42,450 nucleotides of DNA, from positions 1 to 42,450 of the forward strand of contig JAJYVQ010000003.1 in assembly GCA_021791915.1 (NCBI GenBank), written 5' to 3'. A program made the position numbers and the translations under genes. The stretch is from Actinomycetes bacterium. GTDB taxonomy: Bacteria > Actinomycetota > Acidimicrobiia > Acidimicrobiales > JABEUL01. Shown here piece after piece: positions 1 to 7,961 of the stretch (its first letter is position 1; every line of letters starts with the position of its first letter). Below the pieces are notes generated by a model, which saw nothing but the letters and a program-made list of their open reading frames with translations, was not told where the DNA came from and made no database searches.

Positions 1-115
1 CTAAACAAATCTTCTCAACTATCAGATGAATTAAATAATTTAAAGAATTTAGGATATTTTGCTTTAAGTGCTATTTATCACGAACTTGGTTTGGATTTAC
101 TGTTTAGGAACAGAG
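1..115 (+). pseudogene. Fragment of a probable IS1634-family transposase, cut by the IS3 element
   Basis: Frame 1 reads LNKSSQLSDELNNLKNLGYFALSAIYHELGLDLLFRNR, resembling the KNxGYxxLxxIYxELGLD segment of IS1634-type transposases (recognised from memory, not searched). It ends at the IS3 inverted repeat and no continuation is recognisable after 1377. Confidence 0.5.
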
Positions 116-145
116 TAAACCTACACCAAAAAGTTGACACTTCAT

Positions 146-1018
146 TTACATAGCTTTTTCTAATTCTAACTCTTCAAATTCTTGTGGTGTCAAATAATTT
201 AAAGATCCGTGTATTCTTTCATTGTTGTACCAATTTATCCAACTAAATATTTCGAGTCTGGCTTCTTCTATGGTCATGTTTTTGGTATATGTCTCCCTTT
301 TTACTAAAGACCATAAATTTTCTGCCAGAGCATTATCGTAGGAATCTCCTACTGTACCCATAGATTGTTTCATACCCATAAGTTTTAAGGCTTGCCTAAA
401 TACAGCAGATGTATATTGGCTCCCATGGTCAGAATGAAATATTGCATCTTTAAATATAAGTTTATTTCTACTGTACTGAAGTTGTTTTAGTGCTCTAGTA
501 AATAGTTCAACATCCATTGTGGTGCCCATTGAATATCCTACAATCTTTCTGGTATATACATCTAAGATGGCAACCAGATACAGCCAACCGTCCATGGTCT
601 CTATATAGGTTAAGTCGCTCACAAATACCTTATCTATTTCAGATGCACTAAAGTCTCTTTTAAGTAAATCCAAAGAGAATTTAGCTTTCTTATCTGCAAT
701 AGTAGTTTTGATCTTTTTTCTGCTACAAGCTCCTTTTATACCTAGGTCTACCATTAATTTAGCTACTTTTTTCCTGGATATATGAATACCTTGTTGTCTT
801 AACTTATAGGTAATTTTAGGTGCTCCGTAAGTTGACTTGGATTGCCTATAAATTTGAAGGATTTGATCTTTTAGCTCTAAATCCTTTGCTAACCTATCTT
901 GTATAGCCTCTCTGCTATTTAACCAGCTGTAGTAGCTTTGTCGTGAGACATTACAGCTGTTGCAGAGAAAACTAATATTAAATTCGGCCTTCTGAGAATC
1001 GATAAACTCGTAGATCAA
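146..1018 (-). CDS. IS3-family transposase OrfB (HTH_21 + rve integrase/DDE domain)
   Basis: Motifs YGAPKI, FVSDLTYI, YLVAILDVYTRKIVGY, FHSDHGSQYTS, DNALAE, WYNNERIHGSLNYLTP. Confidence 0.95.
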   Translation of the reverse strand: MIYEFIDSQKAEFNISFLCNSCNVSRQSYYSWLNSREAIQDRLAKDLELKDQILQIYRQSKSTYGAPKITYKLRQQGIHISRKKVAKLMVDLGIKGACSRKKIKTTIADKKAKFSLDLLKRDFSASEIDKVFVSDLTYIETMDGWLYLVAILDVYTRKIVGYSMGTTMDVELFTRALKQLQYSRNKLIFKDAIFHSDHGSQYTSAVFRQALKLMGMKQSMGTVGDSYDNALAENLWSLVKRETYTKNMTIEEARLEIFSWINWYNNERIHGSLNYLTPQEFEELELEKAM

Positions 1019-1323
1019 CTTTTTTGAGTCTCCTTTACCCAGAAGGCCGAAAACCGTTTTAAGATTTCTTTCTCCATTCTTAGTTCATCGTTTTCTCTTT
1101 TAAGTCTCCTAATTTCTTCAGCTTCAGCTGTAATTTGGGAAAAACTTAAATCCTTACCATTTTTAATTTTGATCCACCTTCTAAGTGTTAAATCAGGAAT
1201 TGCAAGTTCTCTGGCAACTTCTGCAATAGATCTACTACTAGTAGTAGCCAGCAAAACAGCATCATCCTTGAATTCATCAGAGTAAGTGGGTCTTTCTCTT
1301 TTGGTTTGTTTACTTTCTTTCAT
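1015..1323 (-). CDS. IS3-family OrfA (HTH_Tnp_1 plus leucine zipper)
   Basis: YSDEFKDDAV...SIAEVAREL...LRRW and EIRRLKRENDELRMEKEILKR; 4-nt TTGA overlap with orfB, which is in the -1 frame. Confidence 0.93.
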   Translation of the reverse strand: MKESKQTKRERPTYSDEFKDDAVLLATTSSRSIAEVARELAIPDLTLRRWIKIKNGKDLSFSQITAEAEEIRRLKRENDELRMEKEILKRFSAFWVKETQKS

Positions 1324-1401
1324 ATATATATTCTCCTATATTTACATTGAAGGTGTAAGCTTTTTGGTGTAGGTTCAAGTCCAACAGACATGTTATAACA
1401 A

Positions 1402-1551
1402 ATGATTAGACAATATAACTATCCCCTTTGTACAACTAGAAATCAAGTAGTTAAGGTAAATCACATGCTTGCAATCCTATTGCTTAGTAGGCAGTGTGTA
1501 CTGTCTAATGCAATACCTGTAGAAAGCATTGGATCAAATTGACCCAATACC
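1402..1551 (+). mobile_element. Internally deleted relic of the TIR-bounded TnpB element (tnpB 5' end joined to right TIR)
   Basis: 1402-1474 aligns ungapped to the tnpB start at 22966-23038 (60/73 nt, 16/24 aa). 1531-1551 ggatcaaattgacccaatacc matches the right end 24145-24165 at 20/21 nt. The micro-ORF 1402-1542 (46 aa) stops at the same TGA inside the TIR. Confidence 0.88.
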
Positions 1552-2270
1552 AAATTCTCTCCCAAAGTTTCGATAAGGTATTGGCAATTTTTGCTCATCC
1601 TGATGATGCCGAAATTGCTTGCGGAGGGACATTGGCATCTTTTGCAAAAAATGGTTCGGAAGTTCATTTAATTTATTTAACCAGTGGAGATAAAGGTAGT
1701 TTTGATTCGAGCTTGTTACCCGATACAGTGGCAAAAACTCGTTCTATTGAGTTTAAAAAAGCGGCGGTATGTCTAGGCATTAAGTCGGTTCAAACTTTTA
1801 ATATTCCGGACGGAGAGATTGCAGAAAGCAAAGAGTTGCGATTTAAAATAGTAGAATCTATCAGATCGATTAGACCGGAACTGGTAATATGTCCAGACCC
1901 CACCGCAGTGTTTTTTTCACAGAGTTACTATAATCACAGAGATCACCGAACAACTGGATTTGTAGTATTGGATTCTATTTCTCCAGAAGCTGCAATGCCG
2001 CTTTACCATAAAGGAGCTGGAGATCCTTTTCAAGTCCCTACGGTATTTCTAAGCGGGTCACTTGAGCCGGATTTGATTGTTGATATTTCCGACGGAATTG
2101 ATCAAAAGATTCAGGCAGTTTTAGCTTACGAATCAAGAATCAGTGACGAAAGTAACTACATTAGCGATGTTGTATTAGATATGGCAAAAAAAGACGGTGA
2201 ATTGGCAAAAGTAGATTTTGGTGAAAGTTTCAGAAAGATACTTTTTAACAGCGTCGAATATCGGCAGTGA
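1539..2270 (+). CDS. PIG-L/LmbE-family deacetylase; annotated TTG start lies inside the relic TIR
   Basis: AHPDDAE and HRDH metal-binding motifs; LTSGDKG motif. Confidence 0.88.
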   Translation: MTQYQILSQSFDKVLAIFAHPDDAEIACGGTLASFAKNGSEVHLIYLTSGDKGSFDSSLLPDTVAKTRSIEFKKAAVCLGIKSVQTFNIPDGEIAESKELRFKIVESIRSIRPELVICPDPTAVFFSQSYYNHRDHRTTGFVVLDSISPEAAMPLYHKGAGDPFQVPTVFLSGSLEPDLIVDISDGIDQKIQAVLAYESRISDESNYISDVVLDMAKKDGELAKVDFGESFRKILFNSVEYRQ

Positions 2271-3628
2271 CTGACGTTTTACATGTAGATATGGATGCCT
2301 TTTTCGCTTCGGTCGAAGTGAAAGACAATCCAGAATTGAAAGGAAAGCCAGTCATAGTAGCTGGTCTTTCCAAAAGAGGAGTGGTTGCTGCTTGCACCTA
2401 TGAGGCTAGGATATTTGGGGTACGATCTGGAATGTCAACTTTGATGGCAAAAAGACTTTGTCCAGACGGAATGTTTGTGGGCGGAAGATATAGTAGATAT
2501 GTTCAGATAAGCAAACAGCTGGAAGAAGTATTAATTAGTTTCAGCCCTTATGTTGAGTTCGTTTCCTTGGACGAGGCATTTGTTGACGTTACCAAAAGTC
2601 ACAGACTTTTCGGTTCAAATAGAAAAATTGCCGAATTGATAGTGGCTAAAGTTGCCAATGAGCTGGATCTAAATTGCTCGGTTGGAATCGGATCTTCTAA
2701 ATTAATTGCCAAAATTGCTTCAAAAAAGGCCAAGCCGAATGTTATAGCTTCGACCAAAGAAATTGTTTTAGGCACGAAGATTTTTGAGGTTGAAAAATCT
2801 TCCGAAATTGAATTTATTTCAGATCTGGAATTGAAAGAGATCTGGGGGATAGGGCCCAAAACCGTTGCAAAACTAAATTCATACGGAATCTATCGTGTAA
2901 AAGATTTAAAGAAAATCGACGATGAAGTTTTAGTGAGATTAGTAAAATCCGCAAATGCAAAGTGGTTAAGTGATATCTTAAATGCCGAAGATTCTCGGAA
3001 GGTTGCCGTTGAAAGAGTGACAAAATCGATTTCGGTTGAAGCAACTTACGAAAATGATTTAACTACCCCACAGGAAATTTTTGCTGAAATCCCCAGAATG
3101 GTTGACAGTGTAGTGACAAGACTTAAGTCACAGAACTTCCTTGTTAAAACTGTAACTGTAAAACTTAAAGACAAAAATTTTAAAATAATTACCAGATCTC
3201 AAACTTTAAATCTGGCTACTGATGATATTTTTAAGATTTATGAAGCAAGCAAAAATATTTTAGAAAGATATATGGAGGTAACCGAAAGGCACCCAAAAAA
3301 TGCTTTTGTAAAAGATCCTACCTTGTTGGATGAGAATAAAATGGCCCAAGATGGATTGTTACAGTCGAATCCGAACAAATCAAAATCCAGTATGCCCAGA
3401 AATGAAGTTCCTTTGGCAATAAGGTTGGTTGGAGTTTCTCTATCTAATTTGGTTGTAGCCGACCAGTCTAATCAGTTAGGCCTATTTGATGAAACGGAGG
3501 TTAGTAAATTGACCGAAGTCATATATAACGTAAAAAATAGATTCGGACCTAACTCAATTGCGCCAGCAAGTTTAATCAAAGACGGTGAATTAATAGTTAA
3601 AACTCGAGGGGATGCGCAATGGGGGTAG
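2267..3628 (+). CDS. dinB: DNA polymerase IV (Y family)
   Basis: HVDMDAFFASVE, CTYEAR, SLDEAF, IWGIGPKT, KSISVEATY, IRLVGV; GTGA overlap with the upstream gene. Confidence 0.95.
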   Translation: MTDVLHVDMDAFFASVEVKDNPELKGKPVIVAGLSKRGVVAACTYEARIFGVRSGMSTLMAKRLCPDGMFVGGRYSRYVQISKQLEEVLISFSPYVEFVSLDEAFVDVTKSHRLFGSNRKIAELIVAKVANELDLNCSVGIGSSKLIAKIASKKAKPNVIASTKEIVLGTKIFEVEKSSEIEFISDLELKEIWGIGPKTVAKLNSYGIYRVKDLKKIDDEVLVRLVKSANAKWLSDILNAEDSRKVAVERVTKSISVEATYENDLTTPQEIFAEIPRMVDSVVTRLKSQNFLVKTVTVKLKDKNFKIITRSQTLNLATDDIFKIYEASKNILERYMEVTERHPKNAFVKDPTLLDENKMAQDGLLQSNPNKSKSSMPRNEVPLAIRLVGVSLSNLVVADQSNQLGLFDETEVSKLTEVIYNVKNRFGPNSIAPASLIKDGELIVKTRGDAQWG

Positions 3629-3734
3629 AGGTCAATCTAAGTCTAAATCAGCTCGTTGTAACGGTATCAAATGTGAAATAATAGTTATCCAAACATCTCT
3701 CGGCCACCTAATCTAAAAAAGGTATTTTGTATCA

Positions 3735-3837
3735 TGTGCCTAATAGATTGTGCCTAATAGATTCTTACTTATAGATTATTACTTATAGATTATTACTTAT
3801 AGATTATTACTTATAGATTATTACTTATAGATTATTA
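3735..3837. repeat. 14-bp tandem array (2 x tgtgcctaatagat, then 5 x t[c/a]ttacttatagat)
   Basis: Read directly; intergenic between dinB and the DUF3040 gene. Confidence 0.97.
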
Positions 3838-4126
3838 TCGTGGACAGTTTAGATATTGAACGTTTACACCATAAAATATTTGCCCACGATAAGAAATTAT
3901 AGTAATTTCTGAGTTTTTTCCGTTGACATTCAATTTAATATTGAGCTAAGCTAATTAATAGTTTGAACTAAGCTAAGGGTACAGCAGAAAAAAAGATTAG
4001 TTGCAGATTGACAATTTTAGTGCTTTAGATTCGGTTAAAATAACCGATTGTTAACTATAAAACTTAAATAAAATATATTTATATGCGATAAAAATTTAAG
4101 TCAAATTTCAAATATAATTATAGAAG

Positions 4127-4501
4127 ATGCCTTTATCAGAAGAAGAACAAAGAATATTGCATGAGATGGAGCAGAGGCTCTATGCTCAAGACAAAGAGTT
4201 GGTCGAGAAGGTTACTTCAAGTTCAGTTTATAAGTATGCGGGTAAATCTACTCTTTTGGGAGTTATAGGAGTACTGGTGGGTTTAACGGACTTGCTTGTG
4301 ATGCTATCTAAATCGATCCCCCTTTCCTTTTTGGGATTTGTAATCATGTTTGGGTCAGCACTATATATTGAACGAAATCTTAAGCGTATCGGAAATGCCA
4401 GTTGGTATGATGCTAACAAGACCTTGAAGAATTCTGGTTTACCTGAAGCGGTAAATGAGATGAAAAATAAGTTTAGAGGCAAGTTCAATCGAGATCTTTA
4501 G
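4127..4501 (+). CDS. DUF3040-family membrane protein
   Basis: N-terminus MPLSEEEQRILHEMEQRLYAQD followed by two hydrophobic helices, typical of this actinobacterial family. Confidence 0.88.
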   Translation: MPLSEEEQRILHEMEQRLYAQDKELVEKVTSSSVYKYAGKSTLLGVIGVLVGLTDLLVMLSKSIPLSFLGFVIMFGSALYIERNLKRIGNASWYDANKTLKNSGLPEAVNEMKNKFRGKFNRDL

Positions 4502-4531
4502 TGCTCGGTAACTAATTCTGAAATAAGTTTT

Positions 4532-4565
4532 ATAGTTATTTTTGCAATAGTTATTTTTGCAATAG
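4532..4565. repeat. 15-bp tandem duplication atagttatttttgca x2
   Basis: Read directly. Confidence 0.9.
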
Positions 4566-4760
4566 GTCTTTTAAGATATTGGCGGTAAAATCGTTTACTA
4601 AAACGCTAATAACGTTGTTTAGTATAGCTTGATACCTTAAGCGAACGAGTTAACGTCGTTACTTTTTTAAAATCTTTAATTTTTTTAAAACCTATTATTA
4701 CCTTAAAAAGTCCTTAAGGATTTTTTAATTAAAAAATGTATCTCTTTAATAAATCGCACA

Positions 4761-4892
4761 GTATTGTAAACGATAAGTATTGTAAACGATAAGTATTGTA
4801 AACGATAAGTATTGTAAACGATAAGTATTGTAAACGATAAGTATTGTAAACGATAAGTATTGTAAACGATAAGTATTGTAAACGATAAGTAT
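4761..4892. repeat. Perfect 16-bp tandem array gtattgtaaacgataa x8
   Basis: Eight identical head-to-tail units with no spacers. Confidence 0.98.
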
Positions 4893-5035
4893 ATTGTATG
4901 TTGCTTATCTATTTCTTGCTGATTGATTGACCGTCTAAAAGAACATTAAGATTTGTCGCAACAAAAAATCCTAATTCAAATTAATTCTATAATTGTGTGG
5001 ATGGTTTATAAAATTTACTTTGAAAAGGCTTACGG

Positions 5036-5926
5036 TTGAAAAATTTTAGAGATTCGGTTCTGGCAATTGATATTGGAGGTACCAAATATGAAATTGCTGT
5101 GGTCAGTTTCACTGGAGAAATATTGTATTCGAAAAAATATAATACTCCATCTGTAAACAGTTCCTTAAAAGTGTTTGATTCGATTAAACGCCACGCTGTC
5201 GAAATGTTGTCGAGTTATTACGGTTCGACGCAACCTTCATTTTGTTCCATTGGTTGCGGAGGACCGATGGATAAGTTTCAAGGTCACGTTTCCCCTATAA
5301 ATATTCCGGCATTTCGAGAGTTTCCTTTGGTGACGAAACTTTCTGAAGCACTCAATTTAAAGGTCTACCTAGACAACGATGCAAAGGCACTTACTTTGGC
5401 AGAAAAGTGGCTTGGTGGTGCAAAAAAACTTAATGGGTACCTTTCTATGGTGGTGTCCACGGGCATCGGAGGTGGCATATATCTAAATGGAAGGCTGTTG
5501 GACGGTAATTCTGGAAACTGTGGGCATATTGGACATATTAACGTAATAGCCAACGGTCACCTTTGTGGTTGTGGGGCATTTGGTTGCCTTGAAGCTGAAG
5601 CCTCTGGAACCGCAATAAAAAACATCTATAATGAGGCTCCACGGGATGTGAATCGGAAAATTAAACGTCGTACCGGCATGTTAGTTGGTAGGGCAGTCGG
5701 GTCAGTTTTTAATCTGTTGGATATTAACCAAGCGTTCGTCGCAGGGTCGGTTGCATTGGGATACAAGGAGTTATTTTTCGAATCTGCTCAAATGCAATTG
5801 GATAAGATCTGTAAACTGGATTTTACGAAGGAAGCTAGAATATCGCCATCGGAACTTTCGGACAGAGGGCCGATATTAGGAGCTGCGGCTATCGGATTGT
5901 TTGAAGAGAATATTATTTCTTTCTGA
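5036..5926 (+). CDS. ROK-family sugar kinase
   Basis: LAIDIGGTK, DNDAKA, VSTGIGGG, GHIGH and CGCGAFGCLEAEASG zinc motif; no N-terminal HTH. Confidence 0.92.
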   Translation: MKNFRDSVLAIDIGGTKYEIAVVSFTGEILYSKKYNTPSVNSSLKVFDSIKRHAVEMLSSYYGSTQPSFCSIGCGGPMDKFQGHVSPINIPAFREFPLVTKLSEALNLKVYLDNDAKALTLAEKWLGGAKKLNGYLSMVVSTGIGGGIYLNGRLLDGNSGNCGHIGHINVIANGHLCGCGAFGCLEAEASGTAIKNIYNEAPRDVNRKIKRRTGMLVGRAVGSVFNLLDINQAFVAGSVALGYKELFFESAQMQLDKICKLDFTKEARISPSELSDRGPILGAAAIGLFEENIISF

Positions 5927-6174
5927 AGCATAAATATTATTTAAAAGTTTTCAAGACCGATTATTTGGTATCGCAAAAGATCAATTTTACCTTGAATCAT
6001 CAGTTATAGGATTAATCAAGACCGCAAATTCATGGTCTGTCTAAGTATTTTTATTTTGTTATATTGCTTGATGTTCTTTAATTATGATAAGTTTACTTAA
6101 ACCTTACCTTAAAAAAAGTAATTTTTTTGGTTGAAAAGTTTAATTAAAAGGATAAAGGAGATAAAAGAAGCATT

Positions 6175-7593
6175 ATGGATCGAGATCTTATGCAAGAAGA
6201 TGCAGTCGGACTGGTAGAGCTGTTTAGGAACAAAACCGTTTCGCCTTCTGAATATTTAGAAGAGGTTCTGACTAACATTTCAAATTCAAAATTAAACGCA
6301 TTTTGCTATCTAGATGAACAAAATGCTAGAAATGTTGCTGCATTAGCAGATGTTTGGCTACCTTTTGGAGGAGTCCCATTTGGAATTAAACAGCTTGATC
6401 CAGTTAAAGGCTGGCCATTTACGGGTGCATCTCTGGTTTTTAAAGATAGGGTTGCAGATTATGACGCCACTTATCTGACGAGGTTAAAAAATGCTGGCGC
6501 AGTATTTGTAGGCCAAACCACAGCGAGTGAATTTGGTGGAATCAACTGTACTTCTACTAAGATAAACGGAATAACTAGAAATCCGTGGAATTTGGATAAA
6601 ACCCCTGGAGGTTCCTCTGGAGGTTCCGCTGCTTCGATTGCAGCAGGATTGATACCTATTGCAACTGGTGGTGATGGCGGTGGCTCAATTAGAATCCCAG
6701 CGGGATTTACAAATTTGTTTGGACTAAAAGTTACTTACGGTAGAGTTCCCAAAGGTCCTAAGAGTGAAATTGGTGCTTTGACTGCCGTCTTGGGATGTTT
6801 GTCCAAGTCCGTGCGCGATACTGCTAGATTTCTCGACGTAACAAACGGATATGATACACGTGACACCCTGAGTTTGTCGAAGGTTGAAGGTTATGAGAAA
6901 CATTTGGGAACACTTAATGTATCTGGTCTTAAAGTCGTTGTGACACCAAACTTCTTTGGAGCAGCATACGTAAATCCGGCAGTCGAAACTATGATCGAAG
7001 ACTCAGCAGAAGTTTTAATTAAAAGCTGTAAATTAAATAAAGTTAATGTAAAAGTGTCTGATTTTCCAAAGCTTTCACTATCTTGGGCGATGTCTAATAC
7101 CGTAGGGCTGTTCTCCGAGTTGGAGAATTTTTATCCAGACTGCGCTGATGATCTAACAGGTGAAATTAACTTTATATTAAACGTTGCATCTCACAACTAC
7201 AACATTAAAACTGCTGCGCAGTCAGAAAAAGAGCGGAAAGATTTCAATGAGAAAATGGCAGATGTTTTCGACGAAGCAGACTTAATAATCACAGCCACTA
7301 ATCCAGATACTGCCTTTGATGCTAGAGGACCAATGCCCACTAAAGTAGGACAAGTGGATTTAATAAAAGAATTTGGGTTTGAAAAAGCAATTGGGAATAA
7401 CGGAGCACTGACGATACCCGCAAATATGTATGGTTGCCCTGCAATGTCTTTGCCAATAGGAACCTTGGAATCGATGCCTGTAGGTATGCAGGTAATTGCA
7501 AAACATAACTCGGAAGATATCTTGTTAGATTTGGCATATAGATTTGAAAAAACAAAGCCTTGGACTTTGATTTGTCCCAATTCCCCGGTTTAA
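6175..7593 (+). CDS. Amidase-signature family amidase
   Basis: GVPFGIKQ (catalytic Lys), TPGGSSGGS, GGDGGGSIRIPA. Confidence 0.93.
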   Translation: MDRDLMQEDAVGLVELFRNKTVSPSEYLEEVLTNISNSKLNAFCYLDEQNARNVAALADVWLPFGGVPFGIKQLDPVKGWPFTGASLVFKDRVADYDATYLTRLKNAGAVFVGQTTASEFGGINCTSTKINGITRNPWNLDKTPGGSSGGSAASIAAGLIPIATGGDGGGSIRIPAGFTNLFGLKVTYGRVPKGPKSEIGALTAVLGCLSKSVRDTARFLDVTNGYDTRDTLSLSKVEGYEKHLGTLNVSGLKVVVTPNFFGAAYVNPAVETMIEDSAEVLIKSCKLNKVNVKVSDFPKLSLSWAMSNTVGLFSELENFYPDCADDLTGEINFILNVASHNYNIKTAAQSEKERKDFNEKMADVFDEADLIITATNPDTAFDARGPMPTKVGQVDLIKEFGFEKAIGNNGALTIPANMYGCPAMSLPIGTLESMPVGMQVIAKHNSEDILLDLAYRFEKTKPWTLICPNSPV

Positions 7594-7961
7594 AACTTAA
7601 AAGTATAGATTCGTATTTCATATCATATTTGGTTTTACCATAACAAAATTAATAGAGGTCATAAGTGGTTAACAGTTAACTTTATTGCAAGTAAGATTTA
7701 AGTTATTAAAGACGAAATAGTTCAACGGTAATTGGAACACTCAAGGCAATTTAGTACTGAAGACTTTTATTTCAAAAGATTCGATAAGCTGTTAAATATT
7801 CTGAGATTTGAAGCCCTTTGTAAGTGTTTTGAAGTGATGCGGTCAATAGCCTGAATACAGTTTAAATGTCACTTTAACCTTAGTAACTTCGACGATATTT
7901 CAATTAAATTTAAAAAGCCATTGCATAAATTTTATAATTAACTTATTTAAATACCGGTTTA

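Larger units (their letters stand above)
116..1377 (-). mobile_element. Complete IS3-family insertion sequence (1262 bp)
   Basis: Imperfect terminal IRs taaacctacaccaaaaagttgacacttca (116-144) and tgaacctacaccaaaaagcttacaccttca (reverse complement of 1348-1377) enclose orfA and orfB. No 3-5 bp target duplication is visible. Confidence 0.92.

Noticed and set aside
3624-3636. ggtagaggtcaat at the dinB stop as a third TIR copy
   Set aside because: It needs a gap, similarity stops after 13 nt, and there is no partner end or tnpB-like sequence downstream; compatible with chance.
4761-4892. Regular repeats (also 3735-3837 and 11907-12000) as a CRISPR array for the TnpB/Cas12f-like protein
   Set aside because: Units are contiguous with no unique spacers, are only 14-16 bp, and there are no cas genes.
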